Source: Vicugna vicugna (taxonomy: Eukaryota). Taken from it: 64,000 nt of DNA. This document shows positions 47,011 to 59,600 of the stretch, piece by piece; position 1 is the stretch's first letter; every line of letters starts with the position of its first letter. The DNA lies in the NCBI GenBank assembly GCA_013265495.1, contig MU062317.1, positions 682,001 through 746,000 on the forward strand, read 5' to 3'. A model generated the notes under the pieces. The model did no database searches and was not told the DNA's origin. It saw only the letters and a list, made by a program, of their open reading frames with translations. The position numbers were made by a program, and so were the translations under genes.

Positions 47011-50000
47011 GAAACGTGTAAACCTGTGACAGTCATAGTTCCTCAGTGCCGCCGAGGGGCAAGCAGAAAACAATACAAAATAAGGCCCCGGTCCACATGG
47101 CGGCAAACCCACAAACACCAGATTCATCTGGTGAAGTCCTTAGGGTCTCAGAGGATTGTGGGGGCCAGAGACTGGGGATGCCGTCCCAGCCAGCCTCAGG
47201 TCAGCTTGGTGCTGGCGACGGGGTAGGCGGGTGGCCACTGGGGTGCGATGTGGGGTGTCCAGCACGGACCAGGGTCCGACCTCAGGAGTGCTGGCGAGTC
47301 GGAGTCGGGAGGTGAGCGAGTCAGGGAACCCCAGGGGCCTGCGGGTGTGGGTGCAGAAGCCAGGATCTGCAGGTCTACACACTGGCACAGAGCTTTACCC
47401 CCCGGGGTCCGAGGGCTCTCAGTGAGGCGTCAGCGTTGGGGGAACCCTGGGCACAGCTGGGTCCCACCGTGGGCGGCCGGGTCTTTGGATGTGTTAAAGG
47501 CCGAGGGCTGGGCCGCAGTGTCCCCGCTGGCCATCGGGGGGGCGGTAGATGGCAGCAAGCCAGATGTGCAGAGAGAGGGCCTAAAACCTGTGCAGCATGC
47601 AGTGAGGTCACAGGAACACACCCTTTGTGTAAATTGTGTTCCCATCCCATAGAAGGGATACTGATTTACAAGGACACGTGGCGCCCTAGGGGTGGCCTCC
47701 AGGCCCCGGGGTGATGGACTTTCCTCAGCCCCTGATGCTCCCCACCCCGCCCCCAACAGAGGGATGACTGGGCCGTCCAGCTGTGTGACCACTCTCCCTG
47801 GCCTCTATGTGCCTGGGACCCACACACCCCAGGGAGCGGGAGGGGTGCCCACTGCCCCTCGGGGCTGGACACTGAGGTGCCCAGGGCAGCTCTGGGGAAG
47901 GGGCACCACTGCAGGCCCCAGCACCAGCCCCCACTCCCCACTGCCCTGCAGTCGCATCCACCGTGGTGCCCCGAGGTGAGGGGCTCCTGTGGGACGGCTG
48001 GGACACCGCAGTGTCTGTTCCTGCCAGACCCCATCCTGGGCACTGTCTGGGGTTGGCTGGGAAGCCTCAGTGGCCCCCCACAAGCCCACTGACCCCAGCA
48101 GTGGGCAGAGCGTCTTTGGGCCTCAGCCTCCCCACTTTGTAGCAGGAAGGGCGGTGCAGTTGGCTGGGAAGAGGGGCCGGGCTAGATAGGCCCTGCCGCC
48201 GGTGCTGCCCCCTCCCCAGCAGAGCCGGTGAGCAGGTGTGGCTGGGCCTGTGCAGGACCCCTGTTATCTAGAGGGGTGAGTGTCACCTGGCTCCAACCCT
48301 GAGGTTGTCTGTGACCCTAAGAGGACGGGCTCAGCAAGAAGCAGGTCTGAGCACCCTGGCTGGGGCGGGGGGGGGGCCCAGCTAGCCTTGCCATGCTTGA
48401 GGGGGTCATGATGCCTGCGCCCACAGGGCTGGAGCCCAGGCACTGGTGCTGGGGAAAGCCTGGCCTCTTCTCACCACCCCCACCCACCGGTCTTGGCCCC
48501 TCCAGGCCTCGCTGCAGGGCCCTGCACTTCCTGATTCTGCTGGAAGGGTTCTTGTCCAGAGCTGGCCTGGCTTGGTCCTTCTCAGGCGCACCTAGCCACC
48601 TCAACAGCCTGTGCCCAGTGGCAGCCCCTCCCCAGGGTCCTGGGACGTCCTTTCCCAAGGCTAAGTGCTCTTACTCCCGGCTTCCTGGGCAGCATCCACT
48701 CTGCAGAAGGAAACCGTGCTGAGGCCGCTGGCCCCGGGTCACTAAAGCCAGGACGTAGCCCCAGGGCTTTTCCAAACCCACTTGGCTCCACTAACTGGAA
48801 ATGTAGCTGGCAGAGGATGGGTGGTGGGCTGGCCTGCCTCCCCAGGGGTCGGGTCAGCAGTGAGAGGGAGCAGGCAGGCTGCAGAGTAGCTGGCTTACAC
48901 AGATGTGCCCACTGCTCCTGCTGGGCACGCGCCTGCCCACACGCACACGCACACGCCTCGCCTCGCCCGGCACCAGCTTGCCCCCGTGGCCGCTCCAGGA
49001 GAAAGGCAGGGAGTCAGCTCACAGGTGGGCAAACGGAGGCCCCAGATGCTCACCTGCCCAGGAGCAGGGCCTGGTCTCCGGTGACCCCACCCGCAGACCG
49101 TGCCTCTTGCACTGAGCCTGGCCCTGCCCTATCCCCCGTCCTTCAGAGCTCCCACCCCCACCCCTCTGCCCCGTGGCCCTGCTTGGGCTCTGACCCAGGC
49201 TGGGTCTTTCCAGCTGCCTGGGGCCAAAGTCACCTTGGAGGTTAGTAGGGAGGAGCAGCCCCTCCCTCCCGGGGCCAAACCCCTCTACCACCTGGTTCAG
49301 TGGGTGGGGCCAGGATCGGCCCCACCCCTCAGTCTCCTCCCCCTGGCCCAGCCTGCTCCTCCATTTCCTCCTGCAGCCAGTCCCAGTCACCCACTGGTGG
49401 TTGGCAGGTGGGAATCCACACCCCGGCTTTTACAAAGAAGACAGCGCCCCAGCAGGATCCGGGCAGCTGGTCAGGAGAACGCTGGGAGCCCCCACCGAGG
49501 ACAGCACTGCTGGAGCTGAGAAAGGCGCCATGCGCGGGAACTGGGAGGGCTGGCGGGGGGTTCCCCTGGGAGCCGACTGTCCTCTTGGCACCTGGCCCAG
49601 CAGCGCCCTGCCCACCCAGGTGGGCCGTCACCCTCTCTGGCAAGCAGGACACTTCTTCCCCGTCCAGGCTGGCTGACCACTCAGAGGCCAGGCCAGCCTG
49701 CCTCTCCCACCTGCATGTCACAGGGGGTCCTTGGGGAGCAGACCGGCTGGGAGGTGGGGCCGTGAGGGAGGAGATGGATGGGGAACACCCTGGAGGGTCT
49801 CCCTCAGGCTCTGCCACGCCCTAAGTCCTCAGACCCACTGGGCAGGCTGGGCCCCAAGGGCTCGTGGGGATGGAATTGCCGTGACGCTCCAGGCTCCAGA
49901 CAGGACAGGGCCGAGGTCTAGCACCGGGACCACGAGCGTGACCACACACACGGGGGCCAGCTCCGGCCCACGGCACTGTGGGGATTTTGCAGGGACTTGT

Positions 50001-50055
50001 GTGGCCTTCACCCGGGTTCACGTTCAACGTGCACATTCAGGCATTAAAGAAACAC

Positions 50056-50061
50056 TTTAAT
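50056..50061 (-). terminator. ARHGEF16 poly(A) signal ATTAAA
   Basis: tttaat on + strand, about 500 nt past the stop; only AT-rich spot in the 3' region. Confidence 0.7.
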
Positions 50062-50558
50062 GTCTCAGTCACAGTTCCAGGGATGGCGCTGCAGGATCAC
50101 CTCTCTCCAGCTGCCCACCTGCCCCCGGACGCAGGGCAGCCCCAGGCCCTCCAGGCCCGCTTCGTCTTGCACTGGGGCAGGAGCGCTGTGGGAGGGGCAC
50201 CCTCAGGGTCATCCCTCTATCTCACGCCCACCGCCCAACTGCCCTGCGGGTGCACAGGAGGGCAGAGTGGGGCGGCCAGGAGCTGGGGGAGGGCGCAGCC
50301 AGCAGCAGGGCACAGGGCCGGGCTGGGGTCCTCCCGGGGACACAGCTGGGCCCGGGCTGGCACCGCTCCGTGAGCCCGTCTGGCGGGTGCTCCCCGACGA
50401 GCAGGCGGGACCTTCCTCCTTGGAAGTGTCTGGAGCACGTGCTGCAGCCCGTGGGGCCTCAGAGGGACCAGGGACCTTCCAGGCCCCCTGGAGATGGGCA
50501 CGGCCACTTGCTAGAGTGTGGACCACAGCGGGGTCTGGTGATGTGCCCGCAGGCCCGG

Positions 50559-50698
50559 CTATACATCCGTCTCCACCCGCAGCCGCTCCATCCTGCGCAC
50601 GTTGTCCTCCACGGCCTCGCGGCTCGTGATGCTCCGGGCAAAGTCCTCGGGGAACCAGCCGGTTTCTCCATCCCGCAGCCTCTCGCCATAGAACCATC
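50559..50698 (-). CDS. ARHGEF16: ARHGEF16 last coding exon, SH3 + ETDV
   Basis: [46 protein letters not shown]-stop. Confidence 0.95.
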
Positions 50699-53600
50699 CT
50701 GAACCCAGACACAGGGCAGGTGAGAGCAGGGTCCTGAGGACCAGGCAGGGGCCCAGCGTTGGCACCCCCGGTCCTCGGAGCTGCTGCTCCAGGAGACGCC
50801 AGGGCCCAGCATTCCTTGGGGCCGCCCCCATACCCCGCAGGCCTTGCTCAAGGGCACCTGATGGGAAACTAGGTCCCGACACCAGTATCGGGGGCTGAGC
50901 ACGTTCCAGCCTGGTTTGCCCATCCTGCACAGGTGTGCGCAGGGGCCACCCCTCCCACTTAGGATACTGGGACCGAGAGCCCACTTTTGATGCTACGACT
51001 CTGGGACATTTGAAGACATCCTTGATGGAGGGTGCTGGAGGGGGCCTGGGAATCAGGCCCACCATGAGCTCGGGCAGTGACTGCTCCTGGGGAGGGCGGG
51101 CTCGGGACAGCTGCCCGTGCCACGTGCTCTGGACTCTCCCCGGGGCCTCAGATGCTCGCTCGGCACCAGCCCCTCCCGCCTGCCCCACGCCCACCCCACT
51201 GTGCTTACCATCCTCGTGCTCCAGGACCAGGACCACATCTGCCTGCTGCAGCGTGATCTCGTCTACCTGCTTGGCCAAGTAGGCCTTGGTGATCTCCACC
51301 TGGAGCAGGTCTGCAGGGGGTGGAGGCGTCAGTGACAGGACTGTTCCAGGGTCGGGGTGGGCCGGGCGCTCTGCAGCCTGAGTCGGGCAGGGCCCAGCTC
51401 CAACCCACCCTCTGTGGCCTGGCCCCGGTGGGGCCCTCAGGTGTCCCAGCACATGGACACGTGGCAGCTTCCCTTCAGCTAAAGCAAGGACCGCTCCAGA
51501 AGCTGCGATTCCGGGGCCAAAGCGTCCAGCACCGGCAGAGAGCGCTCCCGGCTACTAAGGGCCGAGCAGGGCCGGAGCTGGGCTGACAGATCCGCAGGCC
51601 AGTCCACTCCAGCTCTTCGGCCTGAGTTTCTGCAGCCACTGGGCGGCGCTCCCTCCCCAGTGCAGGGAGGATGAGACCCTGAGCATTGCTGCTGGGTCTG
51701 TGCGCACAGATGGCACACACGTGGGGCTGGAGCCCCACCCCCACCCTGGCAGGCCACCCTGGGGGCAGGCCCTGGGGCAGACAGAAGGCTGCACGGCACC
51801 TCTCCTCTCCAGGCCGACCCTCAGCCCAGGGCAGGGCAGCCACTCACCTCCTTTGTTGGTGGGGCCCCGCTCCTGCCTCTCCTTGTGCGTGAGGGCCGTG
51901 ACCCACCGGGCCCGCTCACTCCTGGGGGCAGACAGAGCCTGAGCGAGGCCTGGGGCTGACTCCACCAGCTGGTGATCTCAGACCCCGCCCCCACAGCATG
52001 GCATGGTGGGAAGATAGGGGGTCCCTGAGCAACCCCCACAACCTTTGAGGTGGGATAAGCAGTTGGATGCAGGCTCAGGCTGCCTTGGGTGCCCTGTGGT
52101 GAGTGGGCCCTGAGCCAGGAGGTGTGCATGGGTGGCCCCCTGCCTCCCAGACCCACTGCACTGGGGTCACTGCACAGGTAGTCACGGACACGTGAAGAAG
52201 TGGCAGGCAGGCCTCCTCCAAGGCAGGCTGATCCTGAGTCATACCTGCCCAGGGCCACAGAGTCGGGCGGCGGCTGTCCCCGCAGAACCCAGGCCTCCCT
52301 GTTCCGTGGCCCTGGGCCCAGAGCGCCCTGCACTTGTCAGCTTGCTGTTGAACATGCTCAGCCTCGCCTCCTTACCGGAAAGGAGGGAGCGTGGAAGCTG
52401 AGCCAGCACCTTTCTGTATGCTGGTCCCCACTCTCTGACCTCACCACCCCCGTGTCCCGACCCTGTGCTCCAGCCCGCTGTCCTCCTGGGCAGGGGCCTC
52501 CTGCCCCAGGGCCTTTGCACTGCCGTGCCTCTGCCAGAACCTCCCCCTCCTCTGCGACCCCGGGCTGCCTTGCTGGGGAGGCTTCCGGCCCAGCCCCAAC
52601 TGGGCGCTCCCTTCCCTGCCTTGCTTTGCTCCTTAGTCTGCATCCCTTGGTCACACCAGATGGTTCAGCTGCGCATCTTGTGGCTGGCATGTCCCGCCCC
52701 CCCGCCCCCAAGGTGTGAACTGTGTGAGGACTAGGCTGTCCCTGGCACAGTGCAGCGCCCGGGAACACTGACCACGTCCCCACGGAGCTGTGAGGGCTGC
52801 CCCTCCCAGAGCCCAGCCTTACGCGGAGTCAGAGGACAGGAGGAGCCTCTCCTGGCGGCCCTCGCTGTTGTGCAGCAGAGTCAGCTGGAAGGGGTGCGGC
52901 ACGGAGGAGCAGCGGTTGCCGCCCCCTGGCAGAGAGAGCTCCGAGGGCTCCATCTTCTGGACCTGGATGTGGTCCACCTGGGCGTAGTCCTGGACCACGA
53001 AGCTGTCTTCACTGCAGGCAGACAGACGGTTGGCCATGCTGCAGGGGTCTGCGGGCAGCCCAGGCTCCCCGCGCCTCTGGCTCCCCTGCAGCAGCTGGAA
53101 GGGTGCTCCCGAGGGCCGGCTCCCAGACACCTCCCCGGCCCCAAGGCCGCCGCTGCCACCTGCTCCCTGTGGCAGGCCGTGCAGCCAGAACCCACCTCTT
53201 CTTCTTGGTGACCACCAGGACGTCATTGAACAGGAACAGGTAGCATGTTGGCCGGCTGGCGAGCTTTCGGAAAAGCCCGGTTTCTTCCACCATGAAGAGC
53301 TCTCCGCGCTTCAGCAGCCAGCGGGAGGCAGAGATGAGCGGGAGGGACTGGGGGCAGAGCCGGAGAGATGGGTGAGTCCCGACGGGGGGCAGGGGACAAG
53401 GACACACAGCCAGCGGTGGGGACTGGGTGACCCAGCCTCCCCAGGGCTGGACTGAGGAAGAGAGTCTGACTGGGCCTCCAACAAAGGGCTATTCATTCGG
53501 CCAACAGGTGCTCACGGGGCAGCTACTGGGCCAGATCTGGGCCCAGATCCTGCGCAGCAACCTGCCTCTGGCCAGGCCCACGGGCTTCCTCGGCCCCAGC

Positions 53601-56600
53601 TGAGCGCTCCTCTGAGCCAGGGGGTGACGGCCGCTCTGGGGGAACCTCCTTTCCCAAGACCAAGCAGGGGCTCAGCCGCGTCTGTACAGACTATGAGGAG
53701 CCCTTGTTCTGCAGAACCACATCCGGTGTCCAGGGGCCCTTCCTGCAGACGGAGCTCCCTCCTGCTCTGCGGCCCAGAGAACAGGCCAACAAGTGAGAGG
53801 CGCAGGTGGACAGGACACCCCTGGCCCCCGCCACCTGGGTCCTATAGCCTCACGGCCGGGCTCAGACCCAGCCTCCCGCCAACAGGGCAGCTCCTCGGGC
53901 GTCTGCCTGGAGCAGGAGGGGGAAGGCAGAGCAGGCTTGGAGGGGAGGACCGAGGAGGCCCACCCACCGTCTCTGTTCCCCAGACACATTCCGCCTGCTG
54001 GGACTCTGAGCTGTCCGGCCCCCATGCCCTCCAGTTCTGAGACGTCAGTGGGCGGGAGCCCCGCTTAGGGGTCAGCCAGGCCCGAGGTTGGGTCTTTGCT
54101 CTGGTCAGGGGTGTATTTCACCCCAAAGGTGAGATCTGCTGCCCGGCCGATGGGGTCAAGACCCGGCCGAGGGTTTGGGCTCAGCGAAGCCACAGCTGTC
54201 GTCACTCGAACACCTCCTCGGTGAAGCCCACCCTGACCCACCCCAAGGAGCCTGCTGCCCTTGTCTGAACCTCTGTGCCCTCCCTCCACACCTCCTGACC
54301 CCCGCCCTGCCCGTGGCTCTGGCTCTCACTGGGCTCCAGCCTGCTGGGCAGCCTCTGGGGGCTGGAGGCCAGCAGCTCAGCCTGGTCGGTGATAGGCTGA
54401 GGCCCGGCCCACGGAGCTGCTCCGACCCCAGTGTCCTCTGAGTCTCCTGCCCACTCCAAGCCCCCAGGGCCCTGCTGCAGACAGGCCAGAGGGGCGGAGT
54501 GGGGGCGGGGCAGAGGCTGACTCCAGAGAGCGGCTCCCACCAGGGTGCTCCCCGCTGGGCCGCCCCTAGGAGGCACTCCCTGCAGAGGCCCGGTGGCCCG
54601 GGGCACGGTGGCGTGGAGGGCACAGCTGTCCTGGGTGACCATGGGGGCGGGCCCTGGACCATCCAGGATGGGCCAGTCTGTGGGACATGGGGGATTCAGG
54701 GGGCGGAGGTCTGAGCCCTGACTGCTTTGCGGGGGCTGGAGGCTGCCTAGGCCCCACCCCAGAACCAACGGGCTGTCCTGGCCTCACAAGGAAGCCTGAG
54801 CTGGCCCTGAGGTCATCCAGTCCCTGTCCGGGCACAGCGAGGAGGAGCCCTGGCTCAGGCGAGCCCTCCGACCCGGCCTGCCGCCAGCTGCCCCGGCCTG
54901 GCCGCTCTGCCAGGTCTGCCTCTTCCCTGCCGCTCCGGGGGTGGGGGCCTCAGTGGGGAGGGCGGTGGAGCTGAGCCCCGTGGCCAAGGGCGCACAAGGG
55001 ACGCTCCCAGGTGGGGAAAGCGGCCTGGAGAGGTCAGGGCAGAGGCTTATTCCTGGGCCTTGCAGGGTGGGCACCCTCAAGAGGCCTGGGGGCAGTGACC
55101 CCTGACCTCAGACAGAGCTGGGGGGAGTGGCCTCTGGGGCCGGTGGGGACTGCCTACCTTGACTTTGCTGAAGTCCAGCTGTGTATGCAGCGTGTACATC
55201 TGCTCCGTGCGTTCCATCTTGTGGGCCCCCTCGTTGCACTGCTTCACCAGCTGCAGGGCGTGTGCACACGAGAGCGGCTGTGCAGCAGGCAGTGGCCCGG
55301 ACCCCGGGACTGCCCGGCACCCCACCCGTCCAGCCTGGCCCGGCTGCCCACAAGCGCTGGCCTTCTCGGCTGTCCTAGTCCCTGCACCACTGCGGGCTCC
55401 CCCACTGTGCGTGCGCTCCACTCTTTCTGGGTGTTTCCCCATCTACACTGTGAGAAGCCTGGGATGGGCGGCCTGGAAATCCTCCCTGCCCTGCTCTCAG
55501 GGTCTCTGCCATCGGTGGGGGTGGGGGCAGAACTTGGGCACTCCTTCCCACACCCTGGACACTCCTCACCTTGCTGATGGCCTTGAGTGCACGGCTGGCG
55601 GCCCTGTACCTCTCGGGGTGGCCCTGGGTCTTCAGGCAGAGTGTCTGCAGGGAGACACCAGACGTGAGCAGCCACAAGTGCCTCCTACGCATGGGCTCAG
55701 GGGCCGGCCCGGGGCAGGGGCTCCCCTACGAGCCCCAGGCCCAGGGGGCACCCAGAGGGCTCCTGCCAGGCCCCACTGGGGCATGCAGCCCCCAAAGAGC
55801 TCTGCCAGGTCAGGCCAGTAGGGCTGGAACCTGGAGCAGGTAGTCCCCCAGACCCCACCTTTCCCGTGCCTGGCTGTCTTGGTCCAGCCTGGGGAGGCGC
55901 CCGGCAGCCTCTGTTTCTTCATTTCACCAGAGGGTCTGATCTCCTGTCAGCCTTGGACGCTGACCCACTGAGCACGGGCCACATGCTGCTTCTCAGCACT
56001 CATCTGGGCCCCTGCCACGTGCCTGCCTGTGTGCACATACGTGCATGAGCACCTCTCACCCCCACGAGCCTCTCTGCCCCGTGAGCCAGCATCTCAGAGA
56101 CACGAGCAACTGGGGAGCCCCCAGGAGCCCCTGTGTGCATGAAATAGGCATGGTGACTGGGGCCTGGGTCCCCCCAGGGCCCACACCCGGGACAACCGGC
56201 CGAAGGGTGGTGGGTAGGAGGCAGCCACACCCTGCACCGATGCTCAGCAGGGCTCTGGGAGACACCAGATCAGACTCATGGACACAAATGAAGCATCAAG
56301 TAAGTGAACAAAAATCCGCTAAAGTGCAGGAATGGCTCCTGGCGAAGAGAGCTCTGTGGGCAGCGCCACTGCTGCCGGCCACGGGTGTCATGGCCGTGAA
56401 CGCCGTCTTGTAACTGTCTTCGTAACTGTCACGTAACAAAGCGCGGGGACAAGGTCGGGGGGGGACTGATGCCCCTCCCGGAGGTGGGACCCAGGCACCT
56501 CCCGCCCCCGGCTGGGGTCTGGGCACTCACGTCCGTCAGGAGGGGCAGCCGCGTGACCCGCTGCATCGGCAGGATCAGGAAGGAGATCATGGGCAGACCC

Positions 56601-59600
56601 CCGCACGCCGGCCGCTGCTCGATCTCCCTCAGGGCCTCTCGGAAGGCGGCGTTGCTGCTTCTGCAACAGAGGACGGGGCTCTCAGCTGCGGCAGAAGGCG
56701 TGGCCGTCCGTAGACAGCAATAGAAATCAGGCCACGGGCAACATCAAGCTCCGAGAGAGGCTGTGGGTCCTCCCGAGGCCACCCGCTCCCCAGCCCCGGG
56801 CCCGGAGGCCGGCTCACGTCAGCTTCTGCAGGGCGCGCTGCTGGTAGACCTCGTTGGAGCAGTAGGCGATGTAGGGGTGGAAGTGCTTCTCCGCGTGCTC
56901 CTCCAGGATGTCGCTGATGTCCTCCACACACACCTGCACCTTGTGCCGCCGCTCCAGGTCCTCGAAGAACCTGCAGGGGGTAGGGGTGAGCACCACGGGC
57001 CTGGGGTTCCGTCCCCTGCTGCACACGCACGCACATGCACGTGCACGTGCACGCACACGCACGCGCACGAGGCAGGAGCCCAGTGAGGCTCCCAGGAGCA
57101 GCGTACAGCAGGCACCGGGTGGATGGGATGCCCAGGCTGGACGGGACCCTGGCCCAGGGCCCTCCCAGGAAAACCCCAGGACAGATCATCTCCTTAAACC
57201 TGAAGTAACTGGGCACACACCCACGGCCCAATCCAAGGCCACTTCTTGCTAGATTCTGGACAGATTCCAGCGGGCATCACGGGATGTAGACACGTAGGAC
57301 AAAGAACTTGTCACTTTGACTTCACGCCTGGGGACTTGGGGCAGGACTGCCTGGCGCAGGGCCAGGACAGGGGCTCCAGGCAGATTCCTTGCCAGTGACT
57401 GCCGGCCCCCGATCCCTGCTGGGGTCCGTAACCTGGGCCTCGGCTGCAGAGATGAGGACGCAGCTTGGCCGGTGCTGGCCCCGGGCTGCCCTGGGTTCTG
57501 CTCCCACCAGCAGCCACTGCTGCCACAGCCGGGCCTGGCTGGACCCAGGTCGGTCATTGGTTGTGTCACCTGCCGGCTGGAACCTCCAGTGTGTCCTGCA
57601 CAGCTGGAAGGAGCCAGACCCTGAGGCCTCATCGCCTCTCCAGGCACTGATACGGCCGCCAGGGTCCTCCACCCCAAGAGCTCTGTCCCCCTGAGAAGCC
57701 CTTTCCCCTGAGGCTCCTCCTTGAGCCACTAGCATCTCTGCCCACACCCGACTCTCAGAAGCCTGCCAAGCTGGGCTCCTGAGCCTGCCCCAAGCAGCCT
57801 GTCTGGGAGATAAGACAGCTGGTTGACCTCCCAGGGGCAGAGAGCTGAGTCCCTGAGCAAAACCCGCCCCACACGGGGAACCCCAGGCGGCCCACACCCC
57901 TCCCTGGGGAGTGACCAGGCGGAGACAGCCAGTCCACCATGGTCCTTACCATCCACCCCGCCTGGGAGGAGGGGAGGGAGCCAGCAGTGTGGCAGCGAGG
58001 TGGGGGGGAGCAGGGAGAGGGTGGGGAGGGGGTCCCGGGTCGTTAGTCCTGAGGACATCGTGGGGCCCAGCATCAGCCCACCCAGGACGTGTGTCAGAGG
58101 TCCCACTGGGAAGAGGGTGGGCAACCTCATCAATCGTGCCCCCACCCCCCAACCCTGTTGGCTCTGATTATCCTTGGCAAGGCTGGTGAGGGTCTCAGGG
58201 AGGGGGAGCAAGGCCTTGGCTTGGAGGTGGGCAGGGGTCCCTCAGGCCCCCACTCGCTGGGCCCCGGCCTGACCCCCACTCACAGGGGGACTACACTTCC
58301 TGTAAGTGGGGACACTCTGTGAACCATCGCTCTTGGGCAGTCCTGGCAGGCAGGGCCGGGGGTGGCTTGTCAGGAGCGATGAGGACCCCCAGGATCCCGC
58401 CCGAGAGGGAGGCCCAGCTGCCTGGACTCAGGGCCACACACACGTGCGTGCACAGGCAGGCCAGGCTGGTCAGTGCCTCCCAGGGCGACCTGGAGGCCTT
58501 TCCTGGGCCGGCCGGCCCTCAGCCGCTGACCCGAGATAGCTGACTCCTGAGGAGGCCAGAGCGCCCCCAGGGACAGTGACGGCCAGCCTGGGGCCCAACG
58601 GAGGTCGGAAGCAAACACGAGGGAGCAGCTTCCAAGTGCTCAGCCCTGCTGCACTTGGGGACACGGAGCGCAGGATCAGGGCTGGGGGAGGGGCAGCCCT
58701 GTCCCAAGCCCCCTGCCAGGCCGGGAGCTGCGGGCTCCCCATGCTGGTCCAGGGAGCTCTGCAGGGAGCCCCGTCTCCAGGGACCAGACAGCCCTGATAC
58801 TCCATGGGGGCCCTTGGGCAGCAGACTCAGGTGGGCTCTGTGAGGGCGGGTCTGGCACTGATCTGAATGAGTCCCCGAATCACCTCGCCCCAGTCTGCGG
58901 GGCTGGGGCGGGGGATATGGGGCCCACCCCTCAAGTTAGGGAGGGTGCTGAGGGCCAGGGAGATGCCAGAGGTGTTCTGGGGTCACCCAGGGTGCAAGGC
59001 AGTGCGGGGCTGAACCCACACAGGCGCTACCTGGATGGTGCCCTCTACGGGGTAAAGGCACACACACACCCCTGACACTGCGCACGCGTGCACACACACG
59101 TACATGCACGCTCAAGCCCGGGCAGGCCTGCAGCTGCACACCCGGCCCCTCCTCCAGCTCCTGGTCCTGCAACCAGAGCCCGGGCCGGCACCAGACACCT
59201 CCGGGCGGAACATGACCTGGGCTGCAACTCCAGGCTGCCTCCCGCCCGCTTGACCCGCAGCCCCGCACGCCTTGTCATTCCACCCTCTGCACCTGCGTGT
59301 CCCCAGGGCCGGCTCTCGGTGGCTGCATGGCCCACGGAGGTCTCGTGTCCCTTCCCCATCCCAGGGCTGCCCCAGATCTTCCATCCACACTCTCAGGCCA
59401 GGGTCTCCCAGAGCCCCGGCCTTCCCACCCTCCTGGGAGCCTGCCGCCACCGTCGAGGGGCCCGGGCCTCACTTCCGGCTGGCGCCCAGGACGTCCGTGA
59501 TGTTGGAAAAGAGGTGGTGGTGCTCCGTCTGGGTCATGGTGGCCCGCAGCTCTCTGGACTGCAGGAACTCGGCCACCAGGATACCAAGGCTGTGCTGGTA

